Of a stretch of 64,000 nucleotides of DNA, positions 20,675 through 29,783 are shown in pieces. How positions within the stretch are numbered: position 1 is the first letter of the stretch; each line of letters begins with the position of its first letter. The stretch comes from a virus. Below the pieces are notes generated by a model. It had not been told where the DNA came from, ran no database searches, and worked only from the letters and a program-made list of their open reading frames with translations. The stretch lies in the IMG/VR virus record IMGVR_UViG_3300044974_000943; one strand, given 5' to 3'. Position numbers and translations under genes: made by a program.

Positions 20675-20837
20675 AGGGTTATACAGCTACAGGTGCAGCT
20701 TTTCTAACGAGTCGGCAAATGTTGTTTTTCGCATTTACTTTTTGTGCTATCTAGCTTCCGTTCGTGAAACTTCAGCGTGGTCTAGGCTCTCTTAAACTCC
20801 GAAACCTGCTTTGCCCCGTGAAATGGAGCAAGAGGGA

Positions 20838-21063
20838 CTTTTTATCTGCAATTACTATTTTTGCAGTCTGGACTATTCCTTCCGTTTACACGGTCTACCA
20901 TTTATGGGGTTAACCATCTGAGAGTTTTCATGTCTTGCGGTTTAGATTGTCTCAAGTCTCTAGACCTTCGTTTCAAGTTTCCCCGAAGTTTTGGTACGGT
21001 GTTGGCATTTCAGCTTTCGCCGTTTGAGATAGATTTTTTTGTTCGACTCAGGTTTACAAGTTA
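20838..21063 (-). mobile_element. ORF-less group I intron (226 nt) in the tmRNA T-loop
   Basis: P1 exon GTTCGAT pairs with IGS GTCGAAC (21047-21041) with U:G at the splice site; P/Q/R/S-like AAACGGCGAAAG, AACACCG, CTAGAGACTT, AAGGAATAGTCC; P8 CCGT-GTAA-ACGG; P9 hairpin; terminal G at 20838; splicing restores a 7-nt T-loop. Confidence 0.88.
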
Positions 21064-21114
21064 ATCGAACCCTCGTAAATCCAAAAGAGTTACTAGACCT
21101 TCAATAACACTTTC

Positions 21115-21123
21115 ATTATAGCA
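21115..21123 (-). promoter_or_regulatory. Extended -10 promoter for the tmRNA
   Basis: TGcTATAAT directly upstream of the acceptor piece. Confidence 0.65.
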
Positions 21124-21373
21124 AATCAGGAACTTCATCCAATCTACCCAAAGGCATATCTCGAATAAGCCTCAAATCTCGAAGTAACTTATCTCCACCG
21201 TCCATCAAATCCCACAATACAAACTCACTAATCTGCCACTTAGTCTCACTGTCATCACGTTTAACAAAATACATTGGTGGTCGGTCATTTACAGGCTCAA
21301 GATATTGCCAAGTGAATCTACCATGAAACTGCTTGACGACAGCGCTAATTCTTTGGCTTATTGCATCATTCAC
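21116..21373 (-). CDS. Hypothetical protein
   Basis: 85-aa ORF coupled to 21370..21660. Confidence 0.55.
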   Translation of the reverse strand: MNDAISQRISAVVKQFHGRFTWQYLEPVNDRPPMYFVKRDDSETKWQISEFVLWDLMDGGDKLLRDLRLIRDMPLGRLDEVPDLL

Positions 21374-21660
21374 AGTGGTCGCCTCATAGCTTCTTTACAA
21401 ATAGCCTCAAACTCCTGCTTCACTTTCGACTCGAATCGCGCTTCCTCGATAAACATATTTTCTCTATTACTCCAACCCCACATCAACACATTTTGACCAG
21501 TATTAGCGTCTCGTTGTAGCCCGAAACTCCAACCAAGCTTAAATAATTCATTTGGACTTAGGATTCCAGTAGTCTCGGCAGTTTTTAGTATTTGAGATTC
21601 TCTCCATGCAAACTCTTCTTCTGCCATGAGCGCAGCGATTTTATTGATAGTGTCGTTCAT
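21370..21660 (-). CDS. Hypothetical protein
   Basis: 96-aa ORF. Confidence 0.55.
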   Translation of the reverse strand: MNDTINKIAALMAEEEFAWRESQILKTAETTGILSPNELFKLGWSFGLQRDANTGQNVLMWGWSNRENMFIEEARFESKVKQEFEAICKEAMRRPL

Positions 21661-21664
21661 AATA

Positions 21665-21684
21665 AAAAGGCTCCCGAAGGAGCC
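21665..21684 (-). terminator. Intrinsic terminator
   Basis: GGCTCC-TTCG-GGAGCC followed by a T-run on the minus strand. Confidence 0.75.
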
Positions 21685-21713
21685 GTGTAATGTGTATAAA
21701 TCAATCGTAAGAC

Positions 21714-22297
21714 TTAGCGACTGTTAGGTGTGGGGAAATTTACATTGCCAATTGCAGATGCCTTAGCGCGTTCGATACCAGCAGCACGTTCAGAATCGAT
21801 TTGCTTGAATAACTGTGCCACTTGTGCGGTCAAGTTTGCATTTTCTTTCTGCAACGCTTCAATCTGTGCGGTTTGTTTGACGGTTGCGGTCTGGTGCTGG
21901 CTTTCAAAGAGGGCAATTTCAGCAGCGTGTTCCTTAGTCAAGCGGCTGTTTTCGATTGCAACTGCCTTCTTAACTTCGGTGTCACGCTCAGAAAATCAAC
22001 TCCTAACGTAGCAGCAAAAGCAAACTTAGCGTTCTTACGTGCTTGCATGGGTTCCATCGGGTTACAGTGCAGATAAGTGTAGTATTCGTCTGAATCGGAG
22101 TTATTTTTAACAAACAAGTTTTCTAGGTTTTTATTATATATTTCAAGACAAGCATCAAACTCTTTCTGTTTTCTATCGTACTTTCTAGTTGTCTTATCTT
22201 TTAAATTACTTAACTTACAAGACCTAGCAGCCAAGGTTTGCTGTAAATCTTTTATTTGATTTAAATTATCCCAGTCAACAGTGAAGGTTCTTTCCAT
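21714..22297 (-). pseudogene. Probable deletion chimera: 5' part of one gene joined out of frame to the 3' part of a coiled-coil gene
   Basis: Frame ...SERDTEVKKAVAIENSRLTKEHAAE... begins after a TGA near 21997 with no good start; the upstream ORF looks truncated after YYTYLHCNP. Confidence 0.4.
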
Positions 22298-22320
22298 TTT
22301 TACATCCCTTAGATAAGATG

Positions 22321-22347
22321 AAAGGCACTCGTATCCTGAGTGCCTTT
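22321..22347 (-). terminator. Terminator hairpin ending the tRNA-like ncRNA
   Basis: 10-bp stem AAAGGCACTC/GAGTGCCTTT. Confidence 0.7.
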
Positions 22348-22705
22348 CTTTTAGTATTTACAACATACTGTTATATTTTACTTTTCGCCTTTGCTTTGTT
22401 AATATCCTGTGGTGATGGTTGAGTTTTATATTAGCAGTACTACCATTGTACTTACCTCGCCATGATAAAGGCAAGGATTGGATTTGAACCAACATCGCTA
22501 ATTGTTTACCATCAAACTTCGACGCAAAGAAAAAGGTTTGATAATGAATTTGGAGCAATAACTTCAATTTCACTTTTAGATTGAGCCACACAACTTCGGG
22601 TTTTTAATCCGAATGCGTCTACCAGTTCCGCCAACTCCCGTTAAATCGGGAATCCTAGAGTCGAACTAGGAATGTTGTGTTTTGATAAGCTTTAACTTAC
22701 GCTCT
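22325..22705 (-). ncRNA. ncRNA with two circularly permuted tRNA-like (YrlA-topology) modules
   Basis: Module 1 at 22680-22588 and module 2 at 22502-22430, each ordered T-arm > acceptor stem closed by a short loop > D-arm; TATATT -10 at 22717-22712 and a downstream terminator. Confidence 0.8.
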
Positions 22706-22757
22706 TTAATTAATATACTCGACCCACATACTATCCCGCATCTACCTAAAGACAGAT

Positions 22758-22784
22758 AAAAAAAGCGCTCCCGAAGGAACGCTC
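22758..22784 (-). terminator. Intrinsic terminator after the 254-aa gene
   Basis: AGCGTTCC-TTCG-GGAGCGCT followed by a T-run. Confidence 0.8.
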
Positions 22785-22788
22785 TCTC

Positions 22789-23553
22789 TTATTGCAACGG
22801 TGCAGTCAGATAATCCGTAATATCTTTTCCGATTTTAAACGGAATCACCTCAATGGCGTTCGCACCTTCCCTTGCTACTACAACAGCCTCTAGAAGCTTC
22901 TGAGCGCGACTGACGAGTGCTTGCTTGGTAGTTTGGTAAATCGCACCACTATAGCTGATTTGCTCCCACACACCTTCATTGATATCTTGGCTGTACTCTT
23001 TGACTTGAGCAGGATGTTTGTCGGTCAACGTACCTTCAATGACCTTCCAATCAGTGATTTTCTTGGTCTTGTTAGTGCGTCGAACTTCAGATTCGTACAA
23101 ACCAGTGTTGGGGTCAATGCTCCACTTTTCTGCGCTGTCGAGAACAGGCAATGAATCAAAGAATGTAACGATGTCCGTTAGCTGCTTCTCAAGAAATAGC
23201 AAGCTCGAAACAGGAACATTCTCAGCGATTGTAGTACCATTAACCACGATGTTACCAACTGCGGCTTGGTTTGTCTTGTCAAGAGTAGTAATTGTATCAA
23301 ACAATTCAACTACCAAAGAAGTGAAAGCTGTAACTTGGTCTTTCACATTAGTTTGTGCCAGTTTCGATTCGGGAGGATACACATAACCATCTTCAGCGTT
23401 AGGGCGATAAGTCTTGCTCAGTCCACCAAACAGGTCACGCTTTTGAATTGTTTTATAGATTTCGGTCTTCGCCTTGCTGACGCGAGATTTTACTCCTTCA
23501 GAAATAGCAAGCAATTGATGTAAAAGAAGACCAGATGTAGTCGATTTAGCCAT
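22789..23553 (-). CDS. Conserved hypothetical protein (TDKHPAQV-motif family), candidate partner of the downstream ncRNA
   Basis: 254-aa ORF with GLSKTYRP, LLFLEKQL, LPVLD, TDKHPAQV, SGA and AREGAN, a pattern I recall from phage/bacterial hypothetical proteins. Confidence 0.75.
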   Translation of the reverse strand: MAKSTTSGLLLHQLLAISEGVKSRVSKAKTEIYKTIQKRDLFGGLSKTYRPNAEDGYVYPPESKLAQTNVKDQVTAFTSLVVELFDTITTLDKTNQAAVGNIVVNGTTIAENVPVSSLLFLEKQLTDIVTFFDSLPVLDSAEKWSIDPNTGLYESEVRRTNKTKKITDWKVIEGTLTDKHPAQVKEYSQDINEGVWEQISYSGAIYQTTKQALVSRAQKLLEAVVVAREGANAIEVIPFKIGKDITDYLTAPLQ

Positions 23554-24188
23554 GATAGTTTTAGATTAATTTTGATAGTTTAATTAGATTACAGAAAAGG
23601 ATGTTGAAGTGCATCTATCTTCAGGAATAAACAATGTTGCCAGTGTTCAAATCGATAATACGCAAGCTAGTTCGAGGGCTGACCCTTGCATAAGGCTCAA
23701 ACACAACACTGATAAACGTATCGAGGCTACCAGTAAACGCTACCAAACCGTAGAAAACCCACTGGCGTTGGGTGGCAGAAAAGAATTGAAGGTTATACAT
23801 TTTCCCTCCGTAATGTGATTTCGTGTTTTATATCTGGGGCGTACAAGTAAGGTTCTCCAAGCTTATCGATGGTATCTGCAATATTGGTTAAAGCTTCGTT
23901 GAATCCGATTTTAGCTGCAATTGCAAAGTATGCCGCAACATCTTCGTCTCTAGGTCGTTCGGCTAGAAACTGCTCGACAAGTTTATCTAAATTCATAATG
24001 ATAACGCCTTGACTAAAATAATATCGTTGACCAACAATACTAAAAATGCAACAGGAATAATAATTTTCGCAAGTTGCCAACCGTTTTTAGTAAATCGCGC
24101 TTCATGTGCCTCTACAGCTTCCCGCGCAATCTCTTCTGTTGATTTGTTGGGTAAATAAATGTCGTTCTCGCTAGTTAATCGCGCCATG

Positions 24189-24368
24189 TTAAAAATCTCC
24201 TTCGTAGTTAGGGTCAGACAGCAGTCCCAAAACAATCTGCTGCAAGCAAGTGATAAACGGAAGTAACCTAGCTGAGTATTGAACCGAGTAAACGTAATCC
24301 TCAGCTAAACGGTCTTGAATCCAACCTGAGCCTAGCGAATAGACTTGAGCATCGTACTGGTCATCCAT
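24189..24368 (-). CDS. Small hypothetical protein (59 aa, below the ORF-track cutoff)
   Basis: MDDQYDAQVYSLGSGWIQ...NYEGDF*; fills the gap between flanking minus-strand ORFs. Confidence 0.5.
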   Translation of the reverse strand: MDDQYDAQVYSLGSGWIQDRLAEDYVYSVQYSARLLPFITCLQQIVLGLLSDPNYEGDF

Positions 24369-24544
24369 GCAAAGTTCTCACTAAATTAATCGTGGAGCCT
24401 AACCACAATACACTAGTTAGCGCGAAACGTAAAGGAGATTCTTCTCGAAATCGGTCTAAAAAAGTAATTGAAGTTAGCACAAAAAATAGGAGTGCTGAGT
24501 TGTAGCTATCCATTGTTACACCTAAGTAATTTGAAAATGAAGCG

Positions 24545-25295
24545 CTAGTACTCAAGTACTTTCAGGGGGTGTTACCCCTCCGTCTACCAGTGAGGTAAAT
24601 TCGCGCAAGAGGATTAAGCAGATTTGAACTGCGTCGGGACACCTTACGCAACCATGCGTCTATGTTTGGACTCGAACCAACTCACGGTATCCTATGTCAA
24701 ATATAGTAGTACCACCACTTCATCCAAATTGAAATGGCGCTCCCACTTTATAGCGCCAAACTGTTCGCTCTTTGAAGTTATCTACGAGGAGGGAGATGTC
24801 TCCAAGTGGCAAGATTGCAATCCTGACTGACTCTACTAACCAAAGGCTCATGACTGCCTCCACTTTTCGACGCTTGATGCAGAGCTTGCTTGCCCGAACC
24901 ACTTCTTATTTACTCACAAATTCAGAAGCTAGGGAACTGTTGGTGAGTTACTAACGTTGCGCTGATATGCGTCTACACCTTGGAGAGGTTGCTGGATAGT
25001 CCTGTCCTAGACCCAACTTTGCAGAGCTTGATTACTTAGGCTCAAGTTACGGCTGGGGTTAGCAGGTGCGTACCCACAAATCGAGTATTGACTATTCCTC
25101 GAATATCCAGATTGCAAAGAGGGGAATCCTAAGACCGCGACCTCTTTGCTGTTGTGGTGCTGGGGAGAGTTAGTGAGTGATGCGCGTAATTACTTCACGC
25201 ACCCTTAAGTATTGCCTATTCCTTAAGCACCCAAGCCTGTAGTTTGCTTTGAAGAGTCACCTCCGTACTTACTCACTACCCTGCATTGCTGCATC
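24545..25295 (-). ncRNA. Large (~750 nt) structured ncRNA candidate
   Basis: No credible ORF in a gene-dense genome, GC-richer, many hairpins including two T-loop-like stems; TATATT -10 at 25307-25302. Confidence 0.6.
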
Positions 25296-25730
25296 TTCTT
25301 TAATATAACTCGACCTCTTTTTCTGCACATCTATCAAGAGGAATATTTACATAAAATTTATTGTTGGTACGGTCAATGAGAATTTCACCAATATCAAGTT
25401 TTGGGTCAAAGGGGACGTAGCCAAACTCCAAAGATATCACCTCGGACAGACTCAATTGTGATGCGACGTTTATTACATCTAAAGAAAAGTTAAGGAAGTT
25501 CATTTTCATCACCAAATATAAATGCAGAGTTAGGTTTCTCGACTACGTTTTCTCGATTAGCTTCTTCCAGTACTTCACGGATACGAGACACACGAAAAGC
25601 CTGTGTAGCTGTATTGGGACTGACTGCGGCAATCAAGTCGCGAATAGTGTCGCCATCGATTAGGTAAGCTTCAAACGAGGTCATTTGATTGACTCGACCA
25701 AAGGTGACTTCAGGTGGAAATCTAGTCATA

Positions 25731-26150
25731 TTAATCCTCAAAAAGTTCTACAAGTTCGCAGAGGTTAATATAGACTTCATAATAACCGTCAGAATGAACG
25801 TCTTGCCAAGCTTTTGACCAGATTTTATTAGCTTGTTTCTGCGAGATTTTCAAGTTATTCAAACCGCTTTCTTCTTTAACAAGAGTTTCACAAAGAGAGT
25901 CGATTTCGTTGTTGTGGTCATCTTCTGCCGATTTCACGGTAGTTTTCCAAGTTTCATACTCAGAATTAAATGCAGCTAGGGCATTGCCATAATCAATATA
26001 ATCTTGCGGGGTCGCATCTTTGTCTGGTGCTTGAGGCTTTTTAGGGGGTTTAGTCCATTTACGCTTCTTTTTAAGGTAGTCAAGTTTATCGCTCAAATCA
26101 TAATCGTTGAGGTAAGCGGGAATTTCGATAGTCATGATTAATCCTTCCAA
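25731..26150 (-). CDS. Hypothetical protein
   Basis: 139-aa ORF in the operon. Confidence 0.6.
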   Translation of the reverse strand: MEGLIMTIEIPAYLNDYDLSDKLDYLKKKRKWTKPPKKPQAPDKDATPQDYIDYGNALAAFNSEYETWKTTVKSAEDDHNNEIDSLCETLVKEESGLNNLKISQKQANKIWSKAWQDVHSDGYYEVYINLCELVELFED

Positions 26151-26638
26151 AATGTTTTAGTGTTACCATCTTCTTCCCACAAATATCTACTGAAACAGGC
26201 AGAATAGAAATCCGCCCAAGGGCATAAGTAACCCCCCGCAGTGTAATTGTTGCTTTTGTGCGTAAATTTACGAAAATGCAACTTTTCTAACTCGATACAC
26301 AACAACATTTGAGCATCTATGAACCCGATTTGCTGTGATTGCGGGAAAACGAAAGCGAAAACAATCTTTGAGTCAGGTTTTATCTTACGAATGAAGCCTA
26401 AACCATCTCCAACCTCGGTTTCGAGAAAAATATTCCCTGTTTTAGCCGCCATGTAGTCGGTTTTCACCTCAATTAGCAAGTCTTTTTTGCCAATTACACG
26501 AAAATCCCAGCTTTCATTGATTTGTTGGTCTAATGTAGCTGGAATGACTTCGTAGTTTTTGCTGATGAAGAACTCTTTGACTACTTTTTCGCCGAATTTG
26601 CCTTTTGTGAAGGACTTAGAGCGCTCTGAATTAATCAA
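26138..26638 (-). CDS. PD-(D/E)XK nuclease-family protein
   Basis: GKFGE...WDF...IEVKTD...TGNIFLE. Confidence 0.7.
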   Translation of the reverse strand: MINSERSKSFTKGKFGEKVVKEFFISKNYEVIPATLDQQINESWDFRVIGKKDLLIEVKTDYMAAKTGNIFLETEVGDGLGFIRKIKPDSKIVFAFVFPQSQQIGFIDAQMLLCIELEKLHFRKFTHKSNNYTAGGYLCPWADFYSACFSRYLWEEDGNTKTFWKD

Positions 26639-26814
26639 AAGTAGCCTCTAAATTATCAATCGTTGATTTTTCAAGCTCATTTTCTTCAATCAACACAGCA
26701 ATTTCTCTTCGCCAAGCAAGGCGCTTGAGTTTGTGAGCGCCACGTTTGCCCTCTGGGCGCTGATGTTGGCAGTAAGAGTACATTGACGTTCGGTAACGTC
26801 GGTAGTCATTACTT

Positions 26815-27234
26815 TTATTCCTCACTTTTTTCACTCCAATGTTTTACACAACGTACAACCGTATCTAAATGACATCTAGGAATAGCTTCGACAGCATCAC
26901 TTCGACGACACCAACATCTTACTCGATACACTTTCTTTTCTTTATACAAAGGTACAAGCTGATGTAACTGGAAGACGATATCTTTAGTTGAAGGTGTTTT
27001 CCAGACTTTCGAGATTGGGAGTGTTTTACTAATCTCTCTGGGGTCAACATATTGGTCGCGCATACCAGCATTGTAACGTCTGATTACTAGTTTTAAGTAA
27101 GCTTCATGAGCATCACAAACTTCGTCACGAAATTCTTCATTGACTAAATCAAAAGGGTTGCCAAGCGCAGTTGCTCGGTCACAGCGAATATCTGAATCAA
27201 GTTGACGTTCTTTGAGATGTCCTACAATTAACAT
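26815..27234 (-). CDS. DUF4326-like protein
   Basis: DRATALGNPF...CWC...CHLD. Confidence 0.7.
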   Translation of the reverse strand: MLIVGHLKERQLDSDIRCDRATALGNPFDLVNEEFRDEVCDAHEAYLKLVIRRYNAGMRDQYVDPREISKTLPISKVWKTPSTKDIVFQLHQLVPLYKEKKVYRVRCWCRRSDAVEAIPRCHLDTVVRCVKHWSEKSEE

Positions 27235-27670
27235 TACAGTGACTCCAACAAGTCAGCTTTACTTGCAAATAGGGTACGTTCATCGAGCAACCAATTTGGG
27301 TCTGCGGTCTTAGATTCAGATAAAGAATATACAATAATAAGTTTGTCATCTGTACTTCTATTGAAATAATCTACTTCGTCTCGTAGTTTTTCACTGCTCT
27401 CAGTAATCTGACGAACTCGCACATTTCCTTTCTGAACTTTATCATTCTTGAGAAACCAGACTTCTTGACTCACCGCAAACTTGAAAGTGGGATTATTCTC
27501 AAGTAAGTCTTTAATAGCTAACTCAAGGCAATGAAGAGCATCTAGAAATTCTTGTGAATTGCCTGTAGCTCGAAGTTTTTCGATTCTGGTGTTGATTTGG
27601 TAATTAGACATAAGTACCTCTCGCTAATCCTGATACAATAAAATAAAATAACAAAAATTGCATCATCCCT

Positions 27671-28165
27671 ATGACAGACTTCCGCCACATGAACTCGCCT
27701 CTCGAAGCTGACTTTGCTTTAGGCAATCTCGACCGCTTCCTAACTCGCGCCAAAGCAGACATCAAAACAACTGTAGGAGCCGTTAAGGACATCGCCAGCA
27801 AGAAAGCTTGGACTGACCCCAAGAAAAACGCCAGCTACACCGATTTAGGAAAAGGTGCATCCGAAGCCAAACAACGCGCCAACAAAGCTCTTCGTGATAA
27901 GAATGAAGCCAACAAAGCGGCAGAACGAGAGAAGACTGCTAAGGACACCACATTGAAGTATGTCGAGCCTCGCAAGCCAAGAGCGACGGCAGGGGCAGGA
28001 ACTGACAAGACTCAAGACTTCGTGGATAAGGTCAGAAAAGAGAATAAGGGTAAGCCAGTGATGGACGAAAGTAAATCAGCCGCGTCAAGAGATGGATTCA
28101 GCAACGACAAGCGCGAAACTGGCAAAGCTAAACCAATTAGTAAGAAAGACCAGATTAGATACTAG
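27671..28165 (+). CDS. Lys/Ala-rich protein with an ADFALG leader-like site; isolated plus-strand gene
   Basis: 164-aa ORF with an A-rich upstream region and TACAAT box; EADFALG resembles ANFALG of the 7488 protein. Confidence 0.7.
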   Translation: MTDFRHMNSPLEADFALGNLDRFLTRAKADIKTTVGAVKDIASKKAWTDPKKNASYTDLGKGASEAKQRANKALRDKNEANKAAEREKTAKDTTLKYVEPRKPRATAGAGTDKTQDFVDKVRKENKGKPVMDESKSAASRDGFSNDKRETGKAKPISKKDQIRY

Positions 28166-28829
28166 CCGAACGGTTGGGTTTGTATACCTTGGCTTTCTTG
28201 ATACAGAGTTTCGTGGAACTTGTTGAGAGCCGCGATACTTTCAAATACGCAATACTCAGACAAAGTCTCATAACTCTCACTGTAAAAGTAATCCGTAGCT
28301 GCGGTATTGCCACTAATTTTGTCACCAATCAGGTAAACCAAGTGTGTAGACTTATTTTTAACTACACTCTGTTGCCAACCTAAAATAAGACCACTTTGGA
28401 TGCGGTTATCTTTTAGGAAATATACACGTTCGTCAATTTTAAACATCACTTACTCCTCTTCTGTAAATCAATCATCAGCCAATCATCGGTGCAACTTTGC
28501 CAAGTATCTTTCATGATGTGTAGCCAACCAAAACGAGGGAAGTACTGGTGGTTAATTGGGTGGAAAGTAAACTGAATTACCCAAACGTCTTTCAGGTACA
28601 GCACCCATTCATCGCGGTCACAAACTCGCCAACGGTAAAACAATTTAGGCATCGCTGACCTCACTTAAATCGCTCTCTAGCGCCCACTGAAGATAGCTAG
28701 GTGTAGTTAGGCTGCTCAGATAGTATTGATGCTCTGAGCCGTCGTCTGGCGCGTATCTGGAGTACACTTCGTAGGTGCTTGCTTGTGTATCAAAGCGAAC
28801 ACGTTGTCCGACACTGAATTTAAAGTTGC

Positions 28830-29402
28830 TCATAGTGAATCTAATATCTCCTTTGCTATTTTCAAATAGTAATCTTCATCGGGTAACTCGAAATCAATCG
28901 CTTTGTTGTTAGCACGAACAAAATCATGCAACTCTGCGGGTGTTTTTTGCAGTAAGCCTAAATCAGATTCGTACAGCAGCTTGGCAAGGCAAGGGATGTC
29001 TTGCTTGTCGCCATGTCCCGCAGTCGGAATGCAGACTTTCGCTAGGACTTGCTCAGGAGTCGTAGGTTTATTCTTGTAGCTCCAATGGAATACGCCGCCG
29101 ATATAAGCAATCTCGCATCTTTGGCAGCGAACAATTGGCTCGACAATAACAGGATAAATGTTCGTCAAGTCGTCATAAAGATGAAATGCCAACTCGAAAT
29201 CCATAATCGCGGCAATCTTGTCGTTTTCAATCAGTGCAACATAGTTTGTAGCAGGGGAATCGCGCTTCTCAAGTACCGAAACAGCTAGTTCTGTAATGGC
29301 AAAACCATCATAAGCATGATGTGAAATATCGTTTTTGCTTCTAGTGAAAGACAGATACTTGTTGGCGTTCTTGATTGCATACCAGATTTCAAAATTGTGC
29401 AT
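28830..29402 (-). CDS. Hypothetical protein
   Basis: 190-aa ORF in the operon. Confidence 0.6.
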   Translation of the reverse strand: MHNFEIWYAIKNANKYLSFTRSKNDISHHAYDGFAITELAVSVLEKRDSPATNYVALIENDKIAAIMDFELAFHLYDDLTNIYPVIVEPIVRCQRCEIAYIGGVFHWSYKNKPTTPEQVLAKVCIPTAGHGDKQDIPCLAKLLYESDLGLLQKTPAELHDFVRANNKAIDFELPDEDYYLKIAKEILDSL

Positions 29403-29783
29403 TGCTGACCTCAGAGTATAAGTATGAAGAAAATCCTTGTTTAGCTTGTGCTTGAAGTGCGAGAATTTCGGGATGTGCGGGAAACTTTTGCAGTGCCAAA
29501 TGTGCGGCTATGCTAGCTTCCATGTACTTCTTTTCTGCAATCAAGCGCTCAATGTGATGCAGCTTGTACGAGACAGTGTGACGGCGAAAGAGCCAATTGA
29601 TTAAGCGACTAACCATATAAGATTCCTGTGGATAGTGGGGCAATACTGAGATGCGAGAATGCACTCTCGACGAGTGACTTGATGCTTTTGAATAGTCTTG
29701 AAAATCGTTTGTGCGGTGATGTCGTCAACAACGTATTTTTTGGTCGTATTCATTGCAAATAATGATAGGTAAGTTTGCTCAGT

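Larger units (their letters stand above)
20648..21108 (-). ncRNA. ssrA: Circularly permuted (two-piece) tmRNA, intron-containing
   Basis: Acceptor stem GGGGCAA (20817-20811) / TTGCTCC-A (20831-20824) with G3:U70; T-arm GAGGG TTCGAT^T CCCTC; inter-piece helix GGTCTAG/CTAGACC; tag ORF AKNNICRLVRKAAPVAV* (20732-20679). Confidence 0.9.

Noticed and set aside
20861-21064. 67-aa plus-strand ORF
   Set aside because: Antisense shadow of the group I intron
22430-22680. Canonical decoding tRNA genes
   Set aside because: The halves are in permuted order; one module has a 9-nt anticodon loop and the other has no anticodon
24240-24360. TAGCTGAG/CTCAGCTA hairpin as a separate ncRNA
   Set aside because: Lies inside a plausible 59-codon CDS (24368-24189)
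24624-24954. Short overlapping ORFs of 60-68 aa
   Set aside because: No clear starts or motifs; the region is better explained as structured RNA
24545-25295. Group II intron or RNase P RNA
   Set aside because: No recognisable domain V or GAGGAAAGUCC-type signature seen
27604-27822. 72-aa minus-strand ORF
   Set aside because: Shadow of the plus-strand 27671 gene and its promoter region
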